A DNA stretch of 63,850 nucleotides, filler included, from Raillietiella orientalis (lineage: Eukaryota): assembly GCA_036172245.1 (NCBI GenBank). It is 3 parts of 3 records of this genome, joined end to end, with 100 filler letters (N's around TTAATTAATTAA, not from the genome) between each part and the next. Parts side by side here need not be neighbours in the genome. Positions count along the whole stretch, not along the records: positions 49,134 to 63,850 come from JAYWIR010000255.1; 2 more parts are not named here. One strand, 5' to 3'. Position numbers and translations under genes: made by a program. Position 1 is the first letter of the stretch. Each line of letters opens with the position of its first letter. A model generated the notes under the pieces. The model made no database searches, had not been told where the DNA came from, and worked only from the letters and a program-made list of their open reading frames with translations. Shown in pieces: positions 49,134 to 63,745 of the stretch.

Positions 49134-52100
49134 CGTGGCACTTTGGTCTCTATCTTGTTTTCATGGTAACCAGTGTCGGACCTACAAGGGGAATACTCTC
49201 CTTCTCTCTCATTCATTATGTGGTCCAAATTTGCAGCTTTTGGGGATTTGTAATCAATTAGAAAACAGAATATTTCACCATTGCACTTTTGCGCCTCTTC
49301 ACGAAGCATCCTTTTGCATTGAGTGGCAAATCTCTTTCATGGAGAGCCGCAAGGCCTTCCAATTTTCTGCTTTCAGAGGATGATTAAGAAGAGTTCGAAA
49401 TTTCATTAGGGCGTGGCACTTTGGACTCTATCTTGTTTTCATGGTAACCAGTGTCGGACTTACAAGGGGAATATTCAACTTCGCTCTCATTCATTATGTA
49501 GTTCAACTTTGCAGCTTTTGGGGATTTGTAATCAATTAGAAAACAGAAGATTTCACCATTGCACTTTTGCGCCTCTTCACGAAGCATCCTTTTGCAGTGA
49601 GTGGCAAACCCCTTTCATGGAGAGCCGCAAGCCCTTCCAATTTTCTGCTTTCAGAGGATGATTAAGAAGAGTTCGAAATTTCATTAGGGCGTGGCACTTT
49701 GGTCTCTATCTTGTTTTCATGGTAACCAGTGTCGGACTTACAAGGGGAATATTCTCCTTCTGTCTCATTCATTATGTAGTCCAACTTTGCAGCTTTTGGG
49801 GATTTGTAATCAATTAGAAAACAGAATATTTCACCATTGCACTTTTTTTTGCGCCTCTTCACGAAGCATCCTTTTGCAGTGAGTGGCAAACCCCTTTCAT
49901 GGAGAGCCGCAAGCCCTTCCAATTTTCTGCTTTCAGAGGATGATTAAGAAGAGTTCGAAATTTCATTAGGGCGTGGCACTTTGGTCTCTATCTTGTTTTC
50001 ATGGTAACCAGTGTCGGACCTACAAGGGGAATACTCTCCTTCTCTCTCATTCATTATGTGGTCCAAATTTGCAGCTTTTGGGGATTTGTAATCAATTAGA
50101 AAACAGAAGATTTCACCATTGCACTTTTGCGCCTCTTCAGGAAGCATCCTTTTGCAGTGAGTGGCAAACCCCTTTCATGGAGAGCGGCAAGCCCTTCCAA
50201 TTTTTTCCTTTCAGAGGATGATTAAGAAGAATTCGAAATTTCCTTAGGGCGTGGCACTTTGGTCTCTATCTTGTTTTCATGGTAACCAGTGTCGGACTTA
50301 CAAGGGGAATATTCAACTTCGCTCTCATTCATTATGCGGTCGAACTTTCAAGCTTTTGGGGATTTGTAATCAATTAGAAAACAGAAGATTTCACCATTGC
50401 ACTTTTGCGCCTCTTCACGAAGCATCCTTTTGCAGTGAGTGGCAAATCCCTTTCATGGAGAGCCGCAAGCCCTTCCAACTTTCTGCTTTCAGAGGATGAT
50501 TAAGAAGAGTTCGAAATTTAATTGGGCGTGGCTCTTTGGACTCTGTCTTGTTTTCATGGTAACCAGTGTCGGAATAACAAGGGGAATATTCTCCTTCGCT
50601 CTCATTCATTATGTAGTCCAACTATGCAACTTTTACGGATTTGTAATCAATTAGAAAACAGAAGTTTCACCATTGCACCTTTGCGCCTCTTTACGAAGCA
50701 TCCTTTTGCATTGAGCGGCAAATCCCTTTCATGGAGAGCCGCAAGCCCTTCCAATTTTCTGCTTTTAGAGCATGATTAATAAGAGTTCGAGATTTCATTA
50801 GGGCGTCGCACTTTGGACTCGGTCTTGTTTTCATGGTAACCAGTGTCGGAATTACAAGGGGAATATTCTCCTTCGCTCTCATTCATTATGTAGTCCAACT
50901 ATGCAACTTTTACGGATTTGTAATCAATTAGAAAACAGAAGATTTCACCATTGCACTTTTGCGCCTCTTCACGAAGCATCCTTTTGCAGTGAGTGGCAAA
51001 CCCCTTTCATGGAGAGCCGCAAGCCCTTCCAATTTTCTGCTTTCAGAGGATGATTAAGAAGAGTTCGAAATTTCATTAGGGCGTGGCACTTTGGTCTCTA
51101 TCTTGTTTTCATGGTAACCAGTGTCGGACTTACAAGGGGAATATTCAACTTCGCTCTCATTCATTATGCGGTCGAACTTTCAAGCTTTTGGGGATTTGTA
51201 ATCAATTAGAAAACAGAAGATTTCACCATTGCACTTTTGCGCCTCTTCACGAAGCATCCTTTTGCAGTGAGTGGCAAACCCCTTTCATGGAGAGCCGCAA
51301 GCCCTTCCAATTTTCTGCTTTCAGAGGATGATTAAGAAGAGTTCGAAATTTCATTAGGGCGTGGCACTTTGGTCTCTATCTTGTTTTCATGGTAACCAGT
51401 GTCGGACCTACAAGGGGAATACTCTCCTTCTCTCTCATTCATTATGTGGTCCAAATTTGCAGCTTTTGGGGATTTGTAATCAATTAGAAAACAGAAGATT
51501 TCACCATTGCACTTTTGCGCCTCTTCACGAAGCATCCTTTTGCATTGAGCGGCAAATCCCTTTCATGGAGAGCCGCAAGCCCTTCCAATTTTTTCCTTTC
51601 AGAGGATGATTAAGAAGAATTCGAAATTTCCTTAGGGCGTGGCACTTTGTTCTCTGTTTTGTTTTCATGGTAACCAGTGTCGTACTTACAAGGGGAATAT
51701 TCAACTTCGCTCTCATTCATTATGCGGTCGAACTTTCAAGCTTTTGTGGATTTGTAATCAATTAGAAAAAAGAAGATTTCACCATTGCACTTTTGCGCCT
51801 CTTCACGAAGCATCCTTTTGCAGTGAGTGGCAAACCCCTTTCATGGAGAGCCGCAAGCCCTTCCAATTTTCTGCTTTCAGAGGATGATTAAGAAGAGTTC
51901 GAAATTTCATTAGGGCGTGGCACTTTGTTGTCTGTTTTGTTTTCATGGTAACCAGTGTCGGACTTACAAGGGGAATACTCTCCTTCTCTCTCATTCATTA
52001 TGTGGTCCAAATTTGCAGCTTTTGGGGATTTGTAATCAATTAGAAAACAGAAGATTTCACCATTGCACTTATGCGCCTCTTCACGAAGCATCCTTTTGCA

Positions 52101-55100
52101 GTGAGTGGCAAACCCCTTTCATGGAGAGCCGCAAGCCCTTCCAATTTTCTGCTTTCAGAGGATGATTAAGAAGAGTTCGAAATTTCATTAGGGCGTGGCA
52201 CTTTGGTCTCTATCTTGTTTTCATGGTAACCAGTGTCGGACTTACAAGGGGAATATTCAACTTCGCTCTCATTCATTATGCGGTCGAACTTTGCAGCTTT
52301 TGGGGATTTGTAATCAATTACAAAACAGAAGATTTCACCATTGCACTTTTGCGCCTCTTCACGAAGCATCCTTTTGCAGTGAGTGGCAAACCCCTTTCAT
52401 GGAGAGCCGCAAGCCCTTCCAATTTTCTGCTTTCAGAGGATGATTAAGAAGAGTTCGAAATTTCATTAGGGCGTGGCACTTTGGTCTCTATCTTGTTTTC
52501 ATGGTAACCAGTGTCGGACTTACAAGGGGAATATTCAACTTCGCTCTCATTCATTATGTAGTTCAACTTTGCAGCTTTTGGGGATTTGTAATCAATTAGA
52601 AAACAGAAGATTTCACCATTGCACTTTTGCGCCTCTTCACGAAGCATCCTTTTGCAGTGAGTGGCAAACCCCTTTCATGGAGAGCCGCAAGCCCTTCCAA
52701 TTTTCTGCTTTCAGAGGATGATTAAGAAGAGTTCGAAATTTCATTAGGGCGTGGCACTTTGGTCTCTATCTTGTTTTCATGGTAACCAGTGTCGGACTTA
52801 CAAGGGGAATATTCAACTTCGCTCTCATTCATTATGCGGTCGAACTTTCAAGCTTTTGGGGATTTGTAATCAATTAGAAAACAGAAGATTTCACCATTGC
52901 ACTTTTGCGCCTCTTCACGAAGCATACTTTTGCAGTGAGTTCCAAACCCCTTTCATGGAGAGCCGCAAGCCCTTCCAATTTTCTGCTTTCAGAGGATGAT
53001 TAAGAAGAGTTCGAAATTTCATTAGGGCGTGGCACTTTGGTCTCTATCTTGTTTTCATGGTAACCAGTGTCGGACTTACAAGGGGAATATTCAACTTCGC
53101 TCTCATTCATTATGCGGTCGAACTTTCAAGCTTTTGGGGATTTGTAATCAATTAGAAAACAGAAGATTTCACCATTGCACTTTTGCGCCTCTTCACGAAG
53201 CATACTTTTGCAGTGAGTTCCAAACCCCTTTCATGGAGAGCCGCAAGCCCTTCCAATTTTCTGCTTTCAGAGGATGATTAAGAAGAGTTCGAAATTTCAT
53301 TAGGGCGTGGCACTTTGGTCTCTATCTTGTTTTCATGGTAACCAGTGTCGGACTTACAAGGGGAATATTCTCCTTCTGTCTCATTCATTATGTAGTCCAA
53401 CTTTGCAGCTTTTGGGGATTTGTAATCAATTAGAAAACAGAATATTTCACCATTGCACTTTTGCGCCTCTTCACGAAGCATCCTTTTGCATTGAGCGGCA
53501 AATCCCTTTCATGGAGAGCGGCAAGCCCTTCCAATTTTCTCCTTTCAGAGGATGATTAAGAAGAATTCGAAATTTCCTTAGGGCGTGGCACTTTGTTCTC
53601 TGTTTTGTTTTCATGGTAACCAGTGTCGTACTTACAAGGGGAATATTCAACTTCGCTCTCATTGATTATGTGGTCCTTCTTTGCAGCTTTTGGGGATTTG
53701 TAATTAATTAGAAAGCAGAAGATTTCACCATTGCACTTTTGCGCCTCTCCACGAAGCATCCTTTTGCAGTGAGTGGCAAATCCCTTTCATGGAGAGCCGC
53801 AAGCCCTTCCAATTTTCTGCTTTCAGAGGATGATTAAGAAGAGTTCGAAATTTAATTGGGCGTGGCTCTTTGGACTCTGTCTTGTTTTCATGGTCACCAC
53901 TGTCGGACTTACAAGGGGAACATTCTCCTTCGCTCTCAATCATTATGTAGTCCAACGTCGCAGCTTTTAGGGATTTGTAATCAATTAGAAAACAGAAGTT
54001 TCACCATTGCACTTTTGCGCCTCTTCACGAAGCATCCTTTTGCATTGAGCGGCAAATCCCTTTCATGGAGAGCCGCAAGCCCTTCCAATTTTCTGCTTTC
54101 AGAGGATGATTAATAAGAGTTCGAGATTTCATTAGGGCGTCGCACTTTGGACTCTGTCTTGTTTTCATGGTAACCAGTGTCGGAATTACAAGGGGAATAT
54201 TCTCCTTCGCTCTCATTCATTATGTAGTCCAACTATGCAACTTTTACGGATTTGTAATCAATTAGAAAACAGAAGATTTCACCATTGCACTTTTGCGCCT
54301 CTTCACGAAGCATCCTTTTGCAGTGAGTGGCAAACCCCTTTCATGGAGAGCCGCAAGCCCTTCCAATTTTCTGCTTTCAGAGGATGATTAAGAAGAGTTC
54401 GAGATTTCATTAGGGCGTGGCACTTTGTTGTCTGTTTTGTTTTCATGGTAACCAGTGTCGGACTTACAAGGGGAATACTCTCCTTCTCTCTCATTCATTA
54501 TGTGGTCCAAATTTGCAGATTTTGGGGATTTGTAATCAATTAGAAAACAGAAGATTTCACCATTGCACTTATGCGCCTCTTCACGAAGCATCCTTTTGCA
54601 GTGAGTGGCAAATCCCTTTCCTGGAGAGCGGCAAGCCCTTCCAATTTTCTCCTTTCAGAGGATGATTGAGAAGAATTCGAAATTTCATTAGGGCGTGGCA
54701 CTTTGTTCTCTGTTTTGTTTTCATGGTAACCAGTGTCGTACTTACAAGGGGAATATTCAACTCCGCTCTCATTCATTATGTGGTCCACCTTTGCGGTTTT
54801 AGGGGATTTGTAATCAATTAGAAAACAGAATATTTCACCATTGTTCTTTTGCGCCTCTTCACGAAGCATCCTTTTGCAGTGAGTGGCAGACCCCTTTCAT
54901 GGAGAGCCGCAAGCCCTTCCAATTTTCTGCTTTCAGAGGATGATTAAGAAGAGTTCGAGATTTCATTAGGGCGTGCAACTTTTTTCTCTGTTTTGTTTTT
55001 ATGGTAATCAGTGTCGGACTTACAAGGGGAATATTCTCCTTCGCTCTCATTCATTATGTAGTCCAACTGCAGTGAGTGGCAAACCCCCCTTTCATGGAGA

Positions 55101-58100
55101 GCCAAAAAAGCCCTCTCCAATTTTCTGCTTTCAGAGGATGATTAAGAAGAGTTCGAACATTAGGCGTGGCACTTTGGTCTCTATCTTGTTTTCATGGTAA
55201 CCAGTGTCGGACTTCCGAGTGGGAATATTCATCCGTCTCATTCATTAGTGGCTGAACTTTGCAGCTTTTGGGGGATTTTTTGTAATCAATTACAAAACAG
55301 AAGATTTCACCATTGCACTTTTGCGCCTCTTCACGAAGCATCCTTTTGCAGTGAGTGGCAAACCCCTTTCATGGAGAGCCGCATGTCCTTCCAATTTTCT
55401 GCTTTCAGAGGATGATTAAGAAGAGTTTGAAATTTCATTAGGGCGTGGCACTTTGGTCTCTATCTTGTTTTCATGGTAACCAGTGTCGGACTTACAAGGG
55501 GAATATTCAACTTCGCTCTCAGTCATTATGCGGTCGAACTTTCAAGCTTTTGGGGATTTGTAATCAATTAGAAAACAGAAGATTTCACCATTGCACTTTT
55601 GCGCCTCTTCACGAAGCATCTTTTTGCAGTGAGTGGCAAATCTGTTTCATGGAGAGCCGCAAGCCCTTCCAATTTTCTGCTTTGAGAGGATGATTAAGAA
55701 GAGTTCGAAATTTCATTAGGGCGTGGCACTTTGGTCTCTATCTTGTTTTCATGGTAACCAGTGTCGGACTTACAAGGGGAATATTCAACTTCGCTCTCAT
55801 TCATTATGTGGTCGAACTTTCAAGCTTTTGGGGATTTGTAATCAATTAGAAAACAGAAGATTTCACCATTGCACTTTTGCGCCTCTTCACGAAGCATCCT
55901 TTTGCAGTGAGTGGCAACCCCCTTTCATGGAGAGCCGCAAGCCCTTCCAATTTTCTGCTTTCAGAGGATGATTAAGAAGAGTTCGAAATTTCATTAGGGC
56001 GTGGAACTTTGGTCTCTATCTTGTTTTCATGGTAACCACAGGTTTGACTTGCTGGGTGTGAATATTCCAACTTGCTCAATCATTATGCGGTTGAACTTTC
56101 AAGCTTTTTGGGGGATTTGTAATCAATTTACAAACAGAAGATTTCACCATTGCACTTTTGCGCCTCTTCACGAAGCATCCTTTTGCAGTGAGTGGCAAAC
56201 CCCTTTCATGGAGAGCCGCAAGCCCTTCCAATTTTCTGCTTTCAGAGGATGATTAAGAAGAGTTCGAAATTTCATTAGGGCGTGGCACTTTCGTCTCTAT
56301 CTTGTTTTCATGGTAACCAGTGTCGGACTTACAAGAGGAATATTCAACTTCGCTCTCATTCATTATGCGGTCGAACTTTCAAGCTTTTGGGGATTTCTAA
56401 TCAATTAGAAAACAGAAGATTTCACCATTGCACTTTTGCGCCTCTTCACGAAGCATCCTTTTGCAGTGAGTGGCAAACCCCTTTCATGGAGAGCCGCAAG
56501 CCCTTCCAATTTTCTGCTTTCAGAGGATGATTAAGAAGAGTTCGAAATTTCATTAGGGCGTGGCACTTTGGTCTCTATCTTGTTTTCATGGTAACCAGTG
56601 TCGGACTTTCAAGGGGAATATTCAACTTCGCTCTCATTCATTATGCGGTCGAACTTTCAAGCTTTTCGGGATTTGTAATCAATTAGAAAACAGAAGATTT
56701 CACCATTGCACTTTTGCGCCTCTTCAATGAAGCATCCTTTTGCAGTGAGTGGCAAACCCTTTCATGGAGAGCCGCAAGCCCTTCCAATTTTCTGCTTTCA
56801 GAGGATGATTAAGAAGAGTTCGAAATTTCATTAGGGCGTGGCAGTTTGGTCTCTATCTTGTTTTCATGGTAACCAGTGTCGGACTTACAAGGGGAATATT
56901 CAACTTCGCTCTCATTCATTATGCGGTCGAACGTTCAAGCTTTTGGGGATTTGTAATCAATTAGAAAACAGAAGATTTCACCATTGCACTTTTGCGCCTC
57001 TTCACGAAGCATCCTTTTGCAGTGAGTGGCAAACCCCTTTCATGGAGAGCCGCAAGCCCTTCCAATTTTTTAAGTTTTCTCAGAGTGATGATTAAGAAGA
57101 AGCCTGAAATTTCATTAGGCGTGGCACTTTGGTCTCTACCTTTGTTTTCATGGTAACCAGTAAGTCGGACTTACAAGGGGAATTATTCAACTTCGCTCTC
57201 ATTCATTATGCGGTCCAACTTTGCAGCTTTTCGGGATTTGTAAACAATTAGAAAACAGAAGATTTCACCATTGCCCTTTTGCGCCTCAGCACGAAGCATC
57301 CTTTTGCAGTGAGTGGCAAATCTTTTTCATGGAGAGCCGCAAGGCCTTCCAATCTTCTGCTTTCAGAGGATGATTAAGAAGAGTTCGAAATTTGATTAGG
57401 GCGTGGCACTTTGGTCTCTATCTTGTTTTCATGGTAACCAGTGTCGGACTTACAAGGGGAATATTCAACTTCGCTCTCAATCATTATGCGGTCGAACTTT
57501 CAAGCTTTTGGGGATTTGTAATCAATTACAAAACAGGCGATTTCACCATTGCAGTTTTGCGCCTCTTCACGAAGCATCCGTTTGCAGTGAGTGGCAAACC
57601 CTTTCATGGAGAGCCGCAAGCCCTTCCAATTTTCTGCTTTCAGAGGATGATTAAGAAGAGTTCGAAATTTCATTAGGGGGTGGCACTTTGGTCTCTATCT
57701 TGTTTTCATGGTAACCAGTGTCGGACTTACAAGGGGAATATTCAACTTCGCTCTCAATCATTATGCGGTTGAACTTTCAAGCTTTTGGGGATTTGTAATC
57801 AATTAGAAAACAGAAGATTTCACCATTGCACTTTTGCGCCTCTTCACGAAGCATCCTTTCGCAGTGAGTGGCAAACCCCTTTCATGGAGTACCGCAAGCC
57901 CTTCCAATTTTCTGCTTTCAGAGGATGATTAAGAAGAGTTCGAAATTTCATTAGGGCGTGGCACTTTGGTCTCTATCTTGTTTTCATGGTAACCAGTGTC
58001 GGACTTACAAGGGGAATATTCAACTTCGGTCTCATTCATTATGTGGTCGAACATTCAAGCTTTTGGGGATTTGTAATCAATTAGAAAACAGAAGATTTCA

Positions 58101-61100
58101 CCATTGCACTTTTGCGCCTCTTCACGAAGCATCCTTTTGCAGTGAGTGGCAAACCCCTTTCATGGAGAGCCGCAAGCCCTTCCAATTTTCTGCTTTCAGA
58201 GAATAAGAAGAGTTCGGACATTTCATTAGGGGGCGTGGCACTTTGGTCTCTATCTTGTTTTCATGGTAACCAGTGTCGGACTTACAAGGGGAATATTCAA
58301 CTTCGCTCTCATTCATTATGTGGTCGAACTTCCAAGCTTTTGGGGATTTGTAATCAATTAGAAAACAGAAGATTTCACCATTGCACTTTTGCGCCTCTTC
58401 ACGAAGCATCCTTTTGCAGTGAGTGGCAAAACCCTTTCATGGAGAGCCGCAAGCCCTTCCAATTTTCTGCTTTTAGAGGATGATTAAGAAGAGTTCGAAA
58501 TTTCATTAGGGCGTGGCACTTTGGTCTCTATCTTGTTTTCATGGTAACCAGTGTCGGACTTACAAGGGGAATATTCAACTTCGCTCTCAATCATTATGCG
58601 GTTGAACTTTCAAGCTTTTGGGGATTTGTAATCAATTACAAAACAGAAGATTTCACAATTGCACTTTTGCGCCTCTTCACGAAGCATCCTTTTGCAGTGA
58701 GTGGCAAACCCCTTTCATGGAGAGCCGCAAGCCCTTCCAATTTTCTGCTTTCAGAGGATGATTAAGAAGAGTTCGAAATTTCATTAGGGCGTGGCACTTT
58801 GGTCTCTATCTTGTTTTCATGGTAACCAGTGTCGGACTTACAAGGGGAATATTGTCCTTATGTCTCATTCATTATGTAGTCCAACTTTGCAGCTTTTGGG
58901 GATTTGTAATCAATTAGAAAACAGAAGATTTCACCATTACACTTTTGCGAGGCCTCTTCACGAAGCATCCTTTTGCAGTGAGTGGCAAACCCCTTTCATG
59001 GAGAGCCGCAAGCCCTTCCAATTTTCTGCTTTCAGAGGATGATTAAGAAGAGTTCGAAATTTCATTTGGGCGTGGCACTTTGGTCTCTATCTTGTTTTCA
59101 TGGTAACCAGTGTCGGACTTACAAGGGGAATATTCAACTTCGCTCTCATTCATTATGCGGTCGAACTTTGCAGCTTTTGGGGATTTGTAATCAATTACAA
59201 AACAGAAGATTTCACCATTGCACTTTTGCGCCTCTTCACGAAGCATCCTTTTGCAGTGAGTGGCAAATCTGTTTCATGGAGAGCCGCAAGCCCTTCCAAT
59301 TTTCTGCTTTTAGAGGATGATTAAGAAGAGTTCGAAATTTCATTAGGGCGTGGCACTTTGGTCTCTATCTTGTTTTCATGGTAACCAGTGTCGGACTTAC
59401 AGGGGGAATATTCAACTTCGCTCTCATTCATTATGCGGTCGAACTTTCAAGCTTTTGGGGATTTGTAATCAATTAGAAAACAGAAGATTTCACCATTGCA
59501 CTTTTGCGCCTCTTCACGAAGCATCCTTTTGCAGTGAGTGGCAAATCTGTTTCATGGAGAGCCGCAAGCCCTTCCAATTTTCTGCTTTCAGAGGATGATT
59601 AAGAAGAGTTCGAAATTTCATTAGGGCGTGGCACTTTGGTCTCTATCCTGTTTTCATGGTAACCAGTGTCGGACTTACAAGGGGAATATTCAACTTCGCT
59701 CTCATTCATTATGCGGTCGAACTTTCAAGCTTTTGGGGATTTGTAATCAATTACAAAACAGACGATTTCACCATTGCAGTTTTGCGCCTCTTCACGAAGC
59801 ATCCTTTTGCAGTGAGTGGCAAACCCCTTTCATGGAGAGCCGCAAGCCCTTCCAATTTTCTGCTTTCAGAGGATGATTAAGAAGAGTTCGAAATTTCATT
59901 AGGGCGTGGCCATTTGGTCTCTATCTTGTTTTCATGGTAACCAGTGTCGGACTTACAAGGGGAATATTCTCCTTCTGTCTCATTCATTATGCGGTCGAAC
60001 TTTCAAGCTTTTGGGGATTTGTAATCAATTAGAAAACAGAAGATTTCACCATTGCACTTTTGCGCCTCTTCACGAAGCATCCTTTTGCAGTGAGTGGCAA
60101 ACCCCTTTCATGGAGAGCCGCAAGCCCTTCCAATTTTCTCCTTTCAGAGGATGATTAAGAAGAGTTCGAAATTTCATTAGGGCGTGGCACTTTGGTCTCT
60201 ATCTTGTTTTCATGGTAACCAGTGTCGGACTTACAAGGGGAATATTCAACTTCGCTCTCATTCATTATGCGGTCGAACTTTGCAGCTTTTGGGGATTTGT
60301 AATCAATTACAAAACAGACGATTTCACCATTGCAGTTTTGCGCCTCTTCACGAAGCATCCTTTTGCAGTGAGTGTCAAACCCCTTTCATGGAGAGCCGCA
60401 AGCCCTTCCAATTTTCTGCTTTCAGTGGATGATTAAGAAGAGTTCGAAATTTCATTAGGGCGTGGCACTTTGGTCTCTATCTTGTTTTCATGGTAACCAC
60501 TGTCGGACTTCCAAGGGGAATATTCAACTTCGCTCTCAATCATTATGCGGTCGAACTTTCAAGCTTTTGGGGATTTGTAATCAATTACAAAACAGAAGAT
60601 TTCACCATTGCACTTTTGCGCCTCTTCACGAAGCATCCTTTTGCAGTGAGTGGCAAACCCCTTTCATGGAGAGCGGCAAGCCCTTCCAATTTTTTCCTTT
60701 CAGAGGATGATTAAGAAGAATTCGAAATTTCCTTAGGGCGTGGCACTTTGGTCTCTATCTTGTTTTCATGGTAACCAGTATCGGACTTACAAGGGGAATA
60801 TTCAACTTCGCTCTCATTCATTATGAGGTCGAACTTTCAAGCTTTTGGGGATTTGTAATCAATTAGAAAACAGAAGATTTCACCATTGCACTTTTGCGCC
60901 TCTTCACGAAGCATCCTTTTGCAGTGAGTGGCAAATCTGTTTCATGGAGAGCCGCAAGCCCTTCCAATTTTTTGCTTTCAGAGGATGATTAAGAAGAGTT
61001 CGAAATTTCATTAGGGCGTGGCACTTTGGTCTCTATCTTGTTTTCATGGTAACCAGTGTCGGACTTACTATGTAGACATATCTAACCTCGCTCTCATTCA

Positions 61101-63745
61101 TTGCGTATCGAACTTCTTCAAGCTTTTGGGGATTTGTAAATCAATTAGAAAACTCTGGTAAAAAGCAAGACCCCTCCTGTGTATTTCTAAGCATCCTTTT
61201 TGCAGGAAAGTGGCAAATCTGTTTCATGGAGAGCCGCAAGCCCTTCCAATTTTTCTGCCTTCAGAGGATGATTAATTAAGAGTTCGAAATTTCATTAGGG
61301 CGTGGCACTTTGGTCTCTATCTTGTTTTCATGGTAACCAGTGTCGGACTTACAAGGGGAATATTCAACTTCGCTCTCATTCATTATGCGGTTGAACTTTC
61401 AAGCTTTTGGGGATTTGTAATCAATTACAAAACAGAAGATTTCACCATTGCACTTTTGCGCCTCTTCACGAAGCATCCTTTTGCAGTGAGTGGCAAACCC
61501 CTTTCATGGAGAGCCGCAAGTCCTTCCAATTTTCTGCTTTCAGAGGATGATTAAGAAGAGTTCGAAATTTCATTAGGGCGTGGCACTTTGGTCTCTATCT
61601 TGTTTCCATGTTAACCAGTGTCGGACTTACAAGGGGAATATTCAACTTCGCTCTCATTCATTATGCGGTCGAACTTTGCAGCTTTTGGGGATTTGTAATC
61701 AATTACAAAACAGAAGATTTCACCATTGCACTTTTGCACCTCTTCACGAAGCATCCTTTTGCATTGGGTGGCAAATCTGTTTCATGGAGAGCCGCAAGGC
61801 CTTCCAATTTTCTGCTTTCGGAGGATGATTAAGAAGAGTTCGAAATTTCATTAGGGCGTGGCACTTTGGTCTCTATCTTGTTTTCATGGTAACCAGTGTC
61901 GGACTTACAAGGGGAATATTCAACTTCGCTCTCATTCATTATGCGGTCGAACTTTGCAGCTTTTGGGGATTTGTAATCAATTACAAAACAGACGATTTCA
62001 CCATTGCAGTTTTGCGCCTCTTCACGAAGCATCCTTTTGCAGTGAGTGGCAAACCCCTTTCATGGAGAGCCGCAAGATTTCACCATTGCACTTTTGCGCC
62101 TCTTCACGAAGCATCCTTTTGCAGTGAGTGGCAAACCCCTTTCATGGAGAGCCGCAAGCCCTTCCAATTTTCTGCTTTCAGAGGATGATTAAGAAGAGTT
62201 CCAAATTTCATTAGGGCGTGGCACTTTGTTCTCTGTTTTGTTTTCATGGTAACCAGTGTCGGACTTACAAGGGGAATATTCTCCTTCTGTCTCATTCATT
62301 ATGTAGTCCAACTTTGCAGCTTTTGGGGATTTGTAATCAATTAGAAAACAGAATATTTCACCATTACACTTTTGCGCCTCTTCAAGAAGCATCCTTTTGC
62401 AGTGAGTGGCAAACCACTTTCATGGAGAGCCGCAAGCCCTTCCAATTTTCTCCTTTCAGAGGATGATTAAGAAGAGTTCGAGATTTCATTAGGGCGTGGC
62501 ACTTTGTTCTCTATCTTGTTTTCATGGTAACCAGTGTCGGACTTACAAGGGGAATATTCTCCTTCTGTCTCATTCATTATGTAGTCCAACTTTGCAGCTT
62601 TTGGGGATTTGTAATCAATTAGAAAACAGAATATTTCACCATTGCACTTTTGCGCCTCTTCACGAAGCATCCTTTTGCATTGAGTGGCAAATCTGTTTCA
62701 TGGAGAGCCGCAAGGCCTTCCAATTTTCTGCTTTCAGAGGATGATTAAGAAGATTTCGAAATTTCATTAGGGCGTGGCACTTTGGTCTCTATCTTGTTTT
62801 CATGGTAACCAGTGTCGGACTTACAAGGGGAATATTCAACTTCGCTCTCAATCATTATGCGGTAGAACTTTCAAGCTTTTGGGGATTTGTAATCAATTAG
62901 AAAACAGAAGATTTCACCATTGCACTTTTGCGCCTCTTCACGAAGCATCCTTTTGCAGTGAGTGGCAAAACCCTTTCATGGAGAGCCGCAAGCCCTTCCA
63001 ATTTTCTGCTTTTTGAAGCTTTTTGGGATTTGTAATCAATTAGAAAACAGAAGATTTCACCATTGAACTTTTGCGCCTCTTCACGAAGCATCCTTTTGCA
63101 GTGAGTGGCAAATCCCTTTCATGGAAAGCCGCAGGCCCTTCCAATTTTCTCCTTTGAGAGGATGATTAAGAAGAGTTCGAAATTTCATTAGGGCGTGGCA
63201 CTTTGGACTCTGTCTTGTTTTCATGGTAACCAGTGTCGGACTTACAAGGGGAATATTCAACTTCGCTCTCATTCATTATGCGGTCGAACTTTCAAGCTTT
63301 TGTGGATTTGTAATCAATTAGAAAACAGAAGATTTCACCATTGCACTTTTGCGCCTCTTCACGAAGCATACTTTTGCAGTGAGTTCCAAACTCCTTTCAT
63401 GGAGAGCCGCAAGCACTTCCAATTTTGTGCTTTCAGAGGATGATTAAGAATAGTTCGAATTTTCATTAGGGCGTGGCACTTTGGTCTCTATCTTGTTTTC
63501 ATGGTAACCAGTGTCGCACTTACAAGCGGAATATTCAACTTCGCTCTCATTCATTATGCGGTCGATCTTTCAAGCTTTTGGGGATTTGTAATCAATTAGA
63601 AAACAGAAGATTTCACCATTGCACTTTTGCGCCTCTTCGCGAAGCATCCTTTTGCAGTGAGTTGCAAATCCGTTTCATGGAAAGCCGCAAGCCCTTCCAA
63701 TTTTCTACTTTCAGAGGATGATTAAGAAGAGTTCGAAATTTCATT
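49134..63745. repeat. 278-bp satellite array, subfamily B (~52 monomers), opposite orientation to subfamily A
   Basis: Period 278 bp; reverse complement aligns to subfamily A without gaps, ~44 differences per monomer by hand. Confidence 0.98.

Noticed and set aside
49556..49565. CCATTGCACT (U1A-loop-like) in the satellite, suggesting a U1 origin
   Set aside because: No flanking stem and no other U1 similarity in the monomer.
55070..61260. Locally garbled satellite monomers (55080-55260, 56040-56130, 57060-57300, 61070-61210)
   Set aside because: Dense small indels are typical of low-coverage long-read consensus error; cannot be called real variants.
24599..63745. Hundreds of 63-196 aa ORFs (e.g. 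MALCILCCFHGNQCRNLKG...) as a Cys-rich peptide gene family
   Set aside because: They recur with the 278-bp period in several frames, shift frame each monomer, and show no coding signature; they are satellite read-throughs.
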